This document shows positions 27,863 to 40,300 of a DNA stretch of 64,000 nt, one piece after another (positions within the stretch are counted from its first letter, which is position 1; every line of letters starts with the position of its first letter). The notes below the pieces were generated by a model that made no database searches, was not told where the DNA came from, and saw only the letters and a program-made list of their open reading frames with translations. Origin of the DNA: Monocercomonoides exilis PA203. Lineage: Eukaryota > Protista > Preaxostyla. The stretch spans positions 1 to 64,000 of the forward strand of contig LSRY02000032.1 in the NCBI GenBank assembly GCA_001643675.2. Reading direction: 5' to 3'. The translations under genes were made by a program, and so were the position numbers.

Positions 27863-28438
27863 GGGTGGAGTCGACAAGCACGAAAACGAAGTGTCTGACA
27901 AAAAGGCTTTGCCACAGCCAATTTCGCCCTCTGCACTTTCTTTCCACTCAACAAGCGATGAAATCGAACGGTTTTGTGTTCGGAACAGCAAACTCAAATT
28001 GCAGATCTCTATCCTTCCGCCTTCTGCTTCACAAAATCTGGAAATCGCCTTTGCCCCAAATGACATAGAAACCTGCTTCAGAAAAAGAGACGAACAAGAT
28101 GTCACTATCTGACACTGTCTTCCTGTGGGAAAGAAGGTGACTTTTGAGGCACAAAAAGTGCTGTTGTGCATTTCAATGAATGTGTCGATGGTCGAAGACA
28201 CCGGCTTTGTGAAGTTCTTTTCCGCAATTTCGTTTTCGTGTTTCAAATTTGCATCTTCATCAACTGCAATGGACGGAGCACTTCTTCCTACTGAAATCGG
28301 TCCATTATCCATCTCGTCAAGGCCAAAGGAAACAACCCTCTTGCTGGCACTTTTTGAAAGATATTCAATTCTTGTGTTGGCGGCTAATTGAAAGGATATG
28401 GAAATGAATGCAGATATCAGCAAGCACTTGTCGAGCAT
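16056..28438 (-). CDS. Giant type-I membrane receptor-like protein (~4,129 aa after restoring seven 1-nt deletions): signal peptide, Cys/Gly-rich beta-helix-like ectodomain, one TM helix, cytoplasmic pseudokinase tail
   Basis: Consecutive ORFs 21239..28438, 18471..21257, 17953..18468, 16848..17915, 16828..17031, 16625..16891 and 16056..16724 join at 1-nt shortfalls. Hydrophobic N-terminus MLDKCLLISAFISISFQLAA. Recurrent GGA(I/L/V), FxxC/FxxN and CGxxxxPC motifs. TM WPVIVCIAVVVILLITLIIFIV followed by RWRK. Kinase C-lobe motifs RWKAPE and VFSIGMMLWE. Confidence 0.85.
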
Positions 28439-29315
28439 GGAAACTTAAAACAGAAATTAAAGTTTTTTTCAAAATTGGGTTTTTGATAACCCATTCTTTT
28501 TGAATCTTTATGTATTATGACAAATTCATTTTCTGTTCCATAGCTCATTAAGAATGTGAATTATCTTTTTTTTCTAATTCAGTGCAATTAATCATTTTTT
28601 TTTTAAACTGACTTATGATTGATCTTACATTTGTATGATTATCATTTTAATGGAAATGCAAATAAAATCCATTTGTTTATTTAATGTGGTTGTTTTCTTT
28701 CATTTTAGGGAAATAAATTAATTTTTTAATATGAAAAAGAAATAAAGATTTTGGCAATCTAATATTTCAAGTGATTGTTGAATTTTGTAACGATAAACGA
28801 ACATTATTCTGGGGGAATTTTTATAATTTTCATCAAACATTCAAAAAAGGATCATCAAATTTAAATTAATGATAGTTGATACATTCCTTGTTGAGAAAAT
28901 AACGCATTCTCTGAAAGCATGTGAAGCATTTTTCATTGTAATCTTCTTCCCCATCTTCTTCTTCACACTCAACAAAGTCATCATTGTCTTTTTCTTCTTC
29001 GTCTTCTTCGTCCCCAGCTAGATGAATTGGACATATTTTGTTCATTGTATATCCTGTTCATGGTAAAATGGGGAAATTTTATCAATGAAGATAATCAACA
29101 AATACAAACGTCCTTGTTTTTCCCATTTTCAAAATAAAAAAAGGTTAACAATGAATGTAAAAAAGGCTTTTCTTTTTGATAATTGAACCAAAAGTGAATA
29201 TTCAACGAGAATGAATATGTTTGCACAACATAAGAAATGAAAGTCTTTAGATAATTTTTTATGGAAAGCACAATAAGTTGTGTTCAGATGATAAAGATTT
29301 CATATTTATATGGGG

Positions 29316-29560
29316 GAAAATACGGACTTTCAAGCTTTTTTTGCGCAAGGCATTGAAAAATTGCTTCACTCATAACTTTATTTTTGCTTTTTCAGATTTC
29401 AAATTTAATAAGATTTTCACATCCGTAAGCAGGCATCGTTGAAATCAAATCAAAAAGTTTTCCGACATTTCACGAATGTCAAAAAATGGATCCATTTTTA
29501 TTATGTTTTTTGACATAAAATAGTTTTTGAAAAGTACATAATTATTCAATGAAAACGCCT
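29316..29560. repeat. 245-bp repeat, copy 1 (exact inverted copy at 41876-42120)
   Basis: Base-by-base comparison: GAAAATACGGAC...GAAAACGCCT equals the reverse complement of 41876-42120, with no mismatch seen. Confidence 0.95.
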
Positions 29561-30208
29561 GAAGCAAAGTATTTTACCCTATCGTTGTCTGATTTGATGT
29601 TTAATTCAATTCGTAAAACTTCAATTTGATATTATCGTTCATTTTGGTTTTGTGATATTTTGAAATATTAAGTTATTTTTGGGAAGATTGAATTAATTCA
29701 AACAAAACAATGATGAACATTCTTCAGAAAAACTGATGAATAGCAAAACATTGTTGATAAAAAACTTGACAATATTATATCAATAATATTTGTTTTTGAT
29801 AAGAAAAAAGTATTCTTCTTAATTGTTTTTATGTAAGTCTGATAACAACTGATTCACATAAATTGCTTAAAAGTGTCATCTCCTTTTCCAGCTTCGTAAT
29901 TATCTTCATCAAATGAATTTGAAATTTTTTGACTTAACGTGGTTCAAAAAACGAAGTTTTAAAAAGTGAAATTTCACAAACGCTTTCAACTATTTCCTTT
30001 GAAAGAAAACAACATTAATAAGTTTTATAAATCATAGGAATTCCGAATATATTTAAAAAACTGATAAAGCTCACATTACTATATCATTCACTTTCATCAT
30101 TTTGAAATTTAAAAACAAAAATTACGAAATGAAATGCTAGAAGCGATTACAAACAATAATATTCATAAATCATTTTATTAACAGATAAAACAGAATTGCC
30201 TATTTTTA

Positions 30209-31861
30209 TCAAAATTCGTCTACTCCTTCAAAAGGATCTGTTTCATCCTCTTCTGTGTCTTCATCAAGTTTTTGATTTCCTACACTGTGCAGTCCAATGC
30301 ATCGAGCTTCCTCAATGTCTCTTTTTTTCATTTCTTTCTCTTTTAAATGCAAATTTTCTTCTGCATCACTGCCATCATCACCAAGTCCAGAAGCCAGCTC
30401 AGCCACCCGATCAATCTTTGCCAATCCAAACTTCTCCCCCATTTTCTGATATGCAATCTCGCATTTTTTGAAAAACTCAGCCGTCTCATTGTCTAAAATG
30501 AAATCTGCATCATCCAAATACCGATTGGCGCTCAGCTCTTCAGAAGACGTCACCCCATTTTCTTCATTGTCATCATAGAACACAATAGAATCACTGTCTT
30601 CATCGTCGCTAACTTCATTAACACTAAGTTCGTCTCCTTCCTTGTCTTTCACTGTTTCTTTTCTTCCTCCTTCAATTCTGCTTCCTTTCTCTTTTTTGGC
30701 TAAAGCTTCTTCTATGTGAAGATGAAAAGATAACTCTTCTTTTTTCTCTTCTTCTTCGTTCCTGCTAACTCTATACAATTTTCCAGAATTCTGCGTCTGG
30801 CCTTTCTTCTTTACTTGCTCTGAAAATTCCCACTCATCACTTATGCTATCATTTTCATCATCTTCTTCCTTCTCCGCAAATGCATAAAGAGCACGAGGAA
30901 CAGGAAGCGCATTGGGATTTTGATGAGAAAGACCTGGCTTGATCAGTAATTTACCTCCAATAACGTGCACAATTGGAGATTTGCCAATACCGTTTTGAGG
31001 ACTATTTGCCAAATTTGTCCCTCCATCACTGACTGATCTATGATGTTGAATGGACTTGTCTGCATCAGATGATGAAATCGGAGCGGTTGTTGCAAGAGAG
31101 GATGATGGTGACTGTATTGGAGTCGGTGATGGAGAAAGAGAAATTGAAGAGGTTTCATGAGAACTGGAAGATGTTAAAGATGAAGGAAGAAGTGAAGAAG
31201 GTGAATGAGAATGTGATGTTGTTGATTGAGAAACTGTTGAGCGAGGAATTCGTGAAGGGCGTAAAGATGAAGATGTTGAAGTGTTAGCAAATGAAGATAT
31301 TGAAGTGGATGTTGAAGATGCATGAAGACTTGAAGATAGTTTTGTTTTTTTTAACTTTGATATTGGATTTGCAGTTGTTTGCTTTGATAACTGAATTGCG
31401 ATTTGGAAAATATCAGACTTTGGAATCTCTTTTGGAATTGTTTTGCTTATGACACGATATTCAACTCGTTGTTTTCGCATTTGAGATAAATTTTTCTGAG
31501 TATCAAATTGAGCTGCGCTAATGACTTCAGTGCAAACAGGTATCTGCATCCTTTGTTTAGTAGTACTTATTGTAATGTGGGAAGCTATTCGTCCAACTCT
31601 TGACGCATAAAGTCGAACTTCCAAAGAAATAATTGCTGATACTTTCGGTTCAACAATTTGAATGCTCTGGTGTGCACAAGGAATAACTTCTATAAGTTCA
31701 CTTTCAAATTTTCCAGGCCGCATTGCAATTAATAATATTGTCGAATATATTTGTCCTCTTTTGACAACTCCAAAGTCCAAACGATCAGGATAAACAACAA
31801 CTCCTCCATTGATAACACGTGGAAGCAATCGCTCCAAAAGTCGGATATCATTTTGCTGCAT
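30209..31861 (-). CDS. Hypothetical protein (550 aa) with an N-terminal ASH/PapD-like Ig-fold domain, Ser-rich linker and acidic C-terminus
   Basis: Uninterrupted ATG-started ORF. VVVYPDRLDFGVV resembles the first strands of ASH/MSP-type domains. The domain call is by motif recognition only. Confidence 0.7.
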   Translation of the reverse strand: MQQNDIRLLERLLPRVINGGVVVYPDRLDFGVVKRGQIYSTILLIAMRPGKFESELIEVIPCAHQSIQIVEPKVSAIISLEVRLYASRVGRIASHITISTTKQRMQIPVCTEVISAAQFDTQKNLSQMRKQRVEYRVISKTIPKEIPKSDIFQIAIQLSKQTTANPISKLKKTKLSSSLHASSTSTSISSFANTSTSSSLRPSRIPRSTVSQSTTSHSHSPSSLLPSSLTSSSSHETSSISLSPSPTPIQSPSSSLATTAPISSSDADKSIQHHRSVSDGGTNLANSPQNGIGKSPIVHVIGGKLLIKPGLSHQNPNALPVPRALYAFAEKEEDDENDSISDEWEFSEQVKKKGQTQNSGKLYRVSRNEEEEKKEELSFHLHIEEALAKKEKGSRIEGGRKETVKDKEGDELSVNEVSDDEDSDSIVFYDDNEENGVTSSEELSANRYLDDADFILDNETAEFFKKCEIAYQKMGEKFGLAKIDRVAELASGLGDDGSDAEENLHLKEKEMKKRDIEEARCIGLHSVGNQKLDEDTEEDETDPFEGVDEF

Positions 31862-32003
31862 TAAAATAGAAAATAAACTCTTCCTTTATAACTATCGCAC
31901 TTTGTTAATTATTGGAATTATTTAACAATAAAAAATGAAATTGTGCCATAAATGGAATATTTTGATCAAAAATTTTCATCAATTTGTTTTGGTTAAAGAT
32001 CGA
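31862..32003. promoter_or_regulatory. Short divergent intergenic region, putative bidirectional promoter
   Basis: Only ~140 bp of AT-rich DNA between head-to-head starts at 31861(-) and ~32004(+); the second start is uncertain. Confidence 0.35.
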
Positions 32004-33025
32004 ATGTCAAAATCTTTAGGTTTAATTTATTTTGGAATGTGTCGTGAGCAAGTAATATTTTACTTCTAACTTTTACATTTGTGTAGAATTTATACATGAT
32101 TCTGGAAAGATAATAAGATTTACTGATTGCGATTTTGTTCCTCAAGAAAAGCGCGATTTTTGTGAATCTGATGCTTTTCAATCTTCATCTCAAACATTTT
32201 CATCTTCAAGTTCAGCTTTTCAAAAGACTCAAGTTAAAGATAATGAAATTGAATTGGAAGATAAAGTTGACCTGAGAACAATTGTTTGCGTTCAGTTTAT
32301 TTTTCATATTTTCTATTTTCACATCCTCACATATTTAGGCTCAACTGAGATATTTAAAAAAATACGAAAACAAAAGAAAACGAATTTATTTACGAAATTT
32401 AGAAATTGTAACTCGCAAATACGAAGAACAGATTGAACCTTTAATTAAGCAGAGAAATAAACTCGCAAAAGAAATTCCAACTTTTTGGCCACTTGCAATA
32501 GGTGCTTTCCCGCCTCTTTCCAGTCACATTTCATTGTCAGATATATCCCCTCTGACCCATATTTCTGAAGTTACTTGCCACATGCGCCCAAGAATGTCAG
32601 ATGGATTCTTCATTCGCTTAAAGTTAGATTCGAGTTATGGTAATGCTTCTCTTTTAAAGTCATATGCATTGCATTATTCACAGAAGGGATCTCTCTTTGA
32701 TAAATTACCAGTTGACTCAAATGAAGATATTTCTCGTTTAAAATTAACTAATCCAGGTCTTATTACGTTTCCTGAATTGCACAAAAGAAAAATTGTGTTG
32801 AAGTCAACAAAAACAGAAGACATTGATTACGATTCTTCAAAAGAAACAAAAGGCATTCAAAGCAATGATGATATATTATTTCTAAAAGCAAGAATATACA
32901 AAATTAATTTTTTTTCATATTTTCTGTCTTTTATGCCTTTAAGTGTTGCTGAGCTAGTTGTTAGAGATTTGATTCCAAATGCTTTTAGTTATTATGTTAA
33001 ATCATTCTCAGAAAATAAAGCATAA
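32004..33025 (+). CDS. Nucleosome assembly protein (NAP1/SET family)-like histone chaperone, spliced
   Basis: Intron 32284-32338 (GTTTGC..TTTAG) joins the frames, giving KYEEQIEPLIKQRNKLAKEIPTFWPLAI and C-terminal VAELVVRDLIPNAFSYY, both typical NAP motifs. First exon uncertain: ATG 32004 with intron 32020-32086, or ATG 32037 with intron 32044-32086. Confidence 0.75.
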
Positions 33026-33197
33026 GCATATATAATATACCTCATTTCACTGTTAAATAAACTTTTAAGTTCACAATATTTATTTTTTCGTTTTGATAAT
33101 CTTGAATGCAATTTTTTTTGAAACTTTTGGGTCACAGATTCTTTTTCTATGTTGGGTTTCATAAAAAATCTCAAAATTTTCACTAAATACTCCACAT

Positions 33198-34836
33198 ATG
33201 AGCGTGGAAACTGGAACAATTTCATTTCCTCGAACAGAAATTAAATCTGTAGATGAATCAGAAGAAGTTGATCCATCTGAATCACCACTTCCAATTAGTA
33301 ATGCCCCTCTTTTTCGACAATCGTCTCGACAATTTTTGGATCATTTGAATTCCAAGAAAACTGCAACTAATTCATCTCAGTCTTGCCTATCTGCTCATTC
33401 CACATTTGAACTGACGTCACATTTTTCACAGGTTAGATTCACTTTTTGAACGTGAATGTTTCATTAATTGAATTTTTGATTTACAATAATGCGATATTAT
33501 TTTAAAAGTATACAAAACGAAGAAAGAGATATGCTGTTTTAGCAATAAGTGATGCTTTAATGGACGTTGTGCTTCGTGTTAGTGAAGCACAACTTAGTTC
33601 AATTGGATTAACAAAAGGAGCGTCTTTTCCAATTGATGAGAAAATAACTGAAAAAATTCTGGATATGATGAACACAGTGAATGTATTTTGATTGTTATTA
33701 ATTGTTGTATATTGAGAAATTTCTCCTTCTTTCCTTTTTTTAACTTAAAGGCCGAGAAATGTCCAGGGGGCTCTCCGACAAACACAATCTTTTCTTGCTC
33801 AAGTCTAGGACTGAAGTGCGCATATGTTGGTTGTGTGGGGAATGATGAAAATGGCTATGATTATATCAATTCTCTTCGAACAAATGAAATTGATACTTAT
33901 GTTTCGATCAAAAAAGGGTGCTCTGCAGTTTGCTACACTTTTATTACTCCAGATGGCCAACGTTCTTTTGGATTGGATTTTGGAGTAACAAAGCAGCTTG
34001 AAGAATATGAAATTCTCCATTCTTTAATTGAGGAGGCACAATTTTTGCATTTCTCAGCCTATGAATTACGAGGAGATACTCCTTTAAGCCGGGCTACGAT
34101 GCACGCGATTGAGCATGCAAGATTGTCGCGAACTCAAATCAGCATTGACATGGGAGATGCTTTTTTGATAGAGGTCTGTTTTGACAAGCTGATGGAGCTG
34201 TTCAAAGAACGGTTAGACATAATTTTTGCGAATGAGGACGAAGCAAATGCGTTTTGCAGGGTTTATAAAGAGCGAAAGGGTTATGTTAAGAAAGAGACGC
34301 TCTCAACTCCATTTCATTTTCTTCGCTTCGGCTCGTTTTCTTCGACTGAAAAGAGTTATCGACCATCTGACGAAGACTCGTCTTCTCCATCACAGCTGTC
34401 TCAATCAGAAAAAAGTTCATCTCAAGCATCCCACTCACTTGCCATTTCGACTACAACTCAACTAGCTCATATTCCAGAATCTCCCTCGTCTCCCCCTCTT
34501 TCTCCTCCAGAGTCTGAACCGTTAACAGTTCCTTCTGAATACGAAATATTGCTTAATTTCTGTGATCTTTTGATTGTTAAGCTGGGAGAAAGAGGCTCCA
34601 TCGCAATTAGACGACGCGATAAAGGAGTTGTATTTTGTCCTGCTTATAAAGTTGACAATGTTTTGGATACAAATGGAGCTGGAGATAATTTTCAAGCTGG
34701 CTTCTTTTATGGATATTTCCGTGGTTTAAATCTATTCACTTCTCTAAAAATAGGAAGCTTCCTTGCATCTAAAGTCATTAGAAGAAGAGGCGCACAACCT
34801 ACAGTCCAAATTTCTGGAATTGAATATCTCATTTAA
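33198..34836 (+). CDS. PfkB/ribokinase-family kinase, adenosine-kinase-like; 3 exons (33198-33431, 33509-33682, 33751-34836)
   Basis: Phase-0 GT-AG introns restore VLAISDALMDVV...GLTKG...CPGGSPTNT. Also GCVGNDENG, IFANEDEA, IVKLGERGS and the PfkB signature DTNGAGDNFQAGF. Confidence 0.92.
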
Positions 34837-35035
34837 AAGATTTTTTTCAAAACATTTCAAAAACGACTCATTTCAAATATTACTAATTTATATGTATTAC
34901 AGAATAAATTCGAAGTATTATTTTAACATGAATTTTGAAAAAAAAAATAAAAATAATAAAAATGAAAAAGTCACTAATTACGTTTTTGACAAAATTACAA
35001 GTTACGTTTTTGATCGTACTGAGATTTTTATTGAA

Positions 35036-37387
35036 ATGGCTGTTGCAAGACCTTCGATGGACGGGTTCTTCAACCCCTCAAGCTTAGTGATTGTTGGAGC
35101 GTCACAAAAGGCAGGCACCCCAGGTTTGAGATTTATTTGCTTTATTTAAGCCCGTTATATGTTAATATTTTAAATTTTTGTTATATCTTATTTATAAGGA
35201 TGGGCAATGGCTAGAACGGCATTGCTGTCGTTTAAACGTGGTCCAGTCTACTTTGTGAACCCTAAAGGTGGAAAGTTGTTTGATCAGGAGTGCTACAAGA
35301 CAATTTCTGACATCCCTGCTGAAAAGATTGATCTTGGTGTTATCGCCATTTCCGCTAAATTTACACCTGCCTCAGTCGAGGAACTTGCTGTTAAAAAGCA
35401 CTGCTTGTATCAAGTTATCGTGTCCGGAGGATTTGCTGAAGTCGACGAAGATGGAGTTGGTTATCAAAACAAAATCAAAGAGTTGTGCTTGAAATATAAT
35501 ATCCGTTTGATTGGTCCGAACTGCGTCGGAATTTACTCACCTATTGAAACAATTGACTGTCTCTTCATTGAAGGTGTTTTGGCTGCAAGACCAAAACAGG
35601 GTAACATTTCATTTGCAACACAAAGCGGAGGTTTTGGAATGTGCATGTTCAATGAATTGTCTCTGTTTTCCAACGATTTCCCGTGGTTTGGCCGCTTGGT
35701 GTCATTGGGAAATTCTTGCGATGTATGTGAAGCAGATTTCATGGAATTCTTCGAAAATGATGAAAGAACAACAGTTTCAACATTTTATCTTGAAGGATTT
35801 AAGCAAGCAAAACGCTTTTTGGAATCTGCTCGTAGATCAGCAATGAAAGGAAAACCTGTTTTGGTTGTTAAAGCAGGTAAAAACGCTGCTGGATCTCATG
35901 CTCTTCGTTCTCACAGTGCTTCACTTGCTGCTGATGATACAGTAACTGATGCGTTATTCAAGCAATATGGAATTATCAGATGTGACGGATGGAAAGACAT
36001 GTTCCTTCTTTATGCTACTGCATTTGCTTGCAAACAGTCTGTTCCAGGAAAGCGCATTCAGATTCTGACAAATGGAGGAGGACAAGGTGTTCAGTTGTCT
36101 GACGGAATTGCTCAGTTCGGACTGGAACTTGCACCAATCAGCGAAGCTGTGAATGCTAAGTTGAAGGCCAAATTCCCTCCATTCTATATCATCGCAAATC
36201 CTCTTGATCTTACTGGCAGTGGAACTAACGAAGAGTTCTATTACACTTTAGAGGCTATGCGCGATGATGATTCAAATGATGCTATCATTTTCAATCTTAT
36301 TTCATATCTATCACAGATTGAACCAATTGCCATTTGCCACAAATTGGTTGAACTGTTTGGCAAACAAGTACCAAACAGAAAGCCAATATTCTTGGTTTTG
36401 ATTGGAGCAGCCCCCAATGTTCACGATGAATGCTTAAAGATCCTTCTCAATGCCGGAATTCCAGTGTTTAACTCAGAAATTGAAGCAGCTCAGTGCGTAG
36501 CTACAATTTACAGTTTCACTCAATTCAGAAAGAGAGAATTGGAAGCCCAAGAAAAAGATGGTGCATCTTCATCTGCAACACCTTCAAGTGAATCTTGCGC
36601 TGCTTCACAAGGACCTTGCCCTTGCATGGCAAAAGTGAAAGAGATCTTGGAGAAAGCTTCGAAAGAATTGAAAGAAGGACAAGAAGAAAGAGCCTTGTTG
36701 GAACACGAAGCTTATGAAATGCTGAAGATTATGGGTCTTCCTGTCCCAAGATATACACTTGCCAAATCTGGAGCAGACGGAGAGAAGTTTGTTGAAGAAG
36801 CATTCCCATCGGCCGAGGAGAGAGAAGCCGCACAATTTGTCGTGAAGATTGTGTCACCCGATGTTCTTCACAAGACTGAAGCTGGTGGTGTTGAGATTGG
36901 TGTTTCTGCTGCAAAAGGTTGCGTTGGTGCTGCTGTTGAAAGAATGCTTGCTAAATTCAAGGATGTGGATGTTCGTGGCATTCTTGTTTCTGAAATGGTT
37001 CCACCAAAGCCAGCAAAGGATGCATCTCGCCCGAAAGGTGTTGAGCTGATTGTTGGAATGAACACTGATCCAACATTCGGTAAAGTTCTGTTGGTTGGTA
37101 TTGGTGGTGTTCTCGTGGAAGTGTTGAAGGATGTGGCATTTGGATCATGTCCTCTGACTCAACATGAGGCACTTGACATGATTACTCGCTTGAAGTCTCA
37201 GAAAATGCTTGATGGATATCGTGGCATGCCTGTTGTTGACCGCACGAAGTTGGCCGAGCTGATGGTGAAAGTTTCAAAACTTGCTGCAAACTTCCCCATT
37301 GTTCGTTCAATCGATTTCAATCCTGTTATTGCTGGTGACGGTGCTTTGTGGGTTGTTGATGCTCGTGTTATGGTCGGAAGGTCGTAA
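35036..37387 (+). CDS. ADP-forming acetyl-CoA synthetase (acetate--CoA ligase, fused alpha-beta), 758 aa; intron 35124-35198
   Basis: FFNPSSLVIVGAS CoA-binding start in exon 1, VYFVNPKGG, RLIGPNCVG, TQSGG, SLGN, phospho-His motif RSHSASLA, NPLDLTG, ATP-grasp KIVSPDVLHKTEAGGV, DFNPV...VVDARV. Confidence 0.96.
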
Positions 37388-40300
37388 GTTCCAGAATATT
37401 TTTCAATCCTGGAATATTTGCTTGAGTTTTGCTCCATAATAAAAGAAATGTTCTTATTATTTTGTGAAGATATAATTAATATCATTCACAACGTTCTTTG
37501 TATCTCACAAAACACTCAATTTTTTTATTTTTTTCTGATATATGTTTTTTTCTTACACTTCCTGTTGAAAGTTTTTCTCTTGTTAAAAATGAACATCATA
37601 CAGAGCATGAAGAAATATAGTTTTTCTGTTTATTTTAAAGCTGGATTTGTTTATGCTAGACAAAACAAAAATAATTTCCATTTTTCTTTTTTTTAATAAC
37701 TGTCAGAAAAGCTAAGTATTTTTAGATTGAATTATTCAATTGGTTATTTTAATAGCAAAAAATAAAAATAGTAAACAATTGAAAGGAAAATGGAATCAAT
37801 CATAAACATAAAATTTTCATCACCGAATAAACACCAAAAATTATTCAACATCGAAAAATTTTTATTCTTAATCGAAAACGAAGTTTAACAATTCAAAATT
37901 TCAATACAAATGAAAACCAAGGAAATTATTTTGATACAGATGTTGATGTTTATTAATGTTTCCTAATTGAGAATGTTTTTCTTTTATTAAAAGCTATTGC
38001 TTTCGATTATTTTGCATAATATCCATTGATTCTTTTCTCATTTGGCAAATTGAAAATGTCTTATTTTTCTTATCTCTGATTCAACAAATGCAGTTTCAAA
38101 CATTTGGTTCTTTTTTTTATAACGAGATAAAATATTCACTTTTTTTATAAATTGAATGATAACATATTAACTGTTCATTTATATTTCATGCAAAATAACT
38201 AATTTTCATTTGAGCACCTGTGAAATTATTTTCGTTGTAAAAATAATTACCGATTTATGTAATTTCACGTTAACACCAAATATCACATCAAAAATAGATT
38301 TTTGATGATTGGGATCGTCAAGTTTCTATCATCAAACAACGAAATAAAAACAACTGATATGAGTCTGAATGAAGGCAATGTTTTTAGAAATATGAAGATT
38401 ATTGAATTTTTAATCTGAAATTTAATAATCCGGATTTTGAATAAAAGTTTTTCTGTGTTGAATAATTTTTTATGTAAGTTAACAATTTTCAACAATAATA
38501 AGATAGATTTATAATGAAATGCTAACTTTTTTTCTGATTTCTATTCATTAAATAGTTTTTGCACATTAAAACCCCAGAATATAATAAACCAAACAAATTA
38601 TCTTAAAAACACCGTAAGATTGAGAAAGAAACAATGAAAATGCAATGAATTTTTTCAAAATTTTTCATTCATTTATTTTTTTTCCCATAGTAAACTTTTT
38701 TTCATTCAAATACGAAAACCAAAATATAAGAATGAAATATGACAAAATAAAAATCATCGGCAAATGGGTATGATACGACCAGTGAAAAATCCATATCATA
38801 ACGATTTCTTTTTCATATTCCTTCCAGAAAATAATTAGCACAACGAAGATGAAGTCTATTTTTATCATCAATTTCTTCAAAGAAAGAAATCTATTATTTT
38901 TTTCAATTTTTGAATTATGATAAAAAAATTATTTTCGTATTGAAGCCCTAATGTCTTTATAAATGAAGAAAATTTGAAATTTCTTTTAGGGTTAACCCTA
39001 ATTCATAGAGTTCTGTTGTTAAAATTAGTTAATAGAGAAAAAAAAACCAAAAAGAAAACATGATAAAATTAAATGATGGGCTTGATCAAAGATTTTTGTG
39101 TATTTAAGATTTATGAAATTGGAAGATAATTTTATTTTTGAATTGAACTTCATAACTGATCTTAATTAACGAGTCCGTTAAGCCCAGTTTCAATACAGTT
39201 TTAGGTGTTTTAAAGAAAAAAGTCATTACTGGCCGTATAATCCCCTTTTGCCAAATCATCTTTGAAGCATTTTATTAACCAAATTTTTTAATACGAAAAA
39301 TTGTCTTTCAAATAAACAGATGGTGTAAAATAATGCACCTCATGTGTTATCATCGGTGATTATTTTTAATGTCATATTATTTCTTATTAAAATTTCGGTT
39401 CGAATATTTCTTTTTTATATGTCTAAATTTCTTTTTAAAAAAGTTCCTTTAGTTTAATTTTCAAATAAAATAAAAATTCATATTTCGATCAAATTTCTGT
39501 TTCTACTCACAATAATTCACTCAAATGGATATAACAACATTGTCAAGGTTTTGTTTCCATTCAAGAAAAGTTTCGTAAGTGGGAACAGTAATTTTATCAA
39601 AATATGAAATTTTTATTTAATTAGAAAATTAAACAAAAGGAACTTTTCAAAATAAACTTAGACATATAAACAAAAGAACACTATTAAATGAAAAATAGGC
39701 CTCTGTGACATACATTTTTTGTGCTCAATCTGTCGGTCGAGAAAATATTCATTTGTCGAAAAAATTGTTATGATAGATATATTCGAGAATTGCAAAATTA
39801 ACGAAAAAACAAAGTTTCCTAAACTTCACTGTGTTTTTTTTTTTTTCTTTTTTCTTTTTTTTTTCTTTTTTTTTTCCATAATAATTATTAATTTTGCGTT
39901 TGAAAAACTAATGAGAAATTTGTGAAAAATCTGGAGAAGAAATATGAAAGGAATAAAACGGATTGTTGTTTTTTTATTACATGTGATGATAAGGTATGAA
40001 AGTTTTTTGGGATATCTTTGCTGCTGATATGGATTTGACAAAAAGTGATAATTTTTACGTTGTTTTTTTAAATGCTCTAAGAAAAATTACTCATTCATAA
40101 AAAATTTTCACTTCTTCTTCTTCCTCCTCTTCCTCTTCCATGACACCAGTTCATTTGCTTAAGCCCGCTACAACACAGCCATCTTCCATTGGCACTCAAT
40201 TTCCATTTCAAACAACTTCATAGCGGCGTCTCACATTACACTCCACAACTCCATCTTTCATATCACAAATGCCTTAACTTTCTCTTTCTCCTCCTTCTCT

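Noticed and set aside
16138-28391. Long antisense ORFs (e.g. 23370..24041+, 25195..25929+) as overlapping genes
   Set aside because: Pro/Ser/His-rich shadow frames of a G/A-rich coding strand, with no recognisable motifs.
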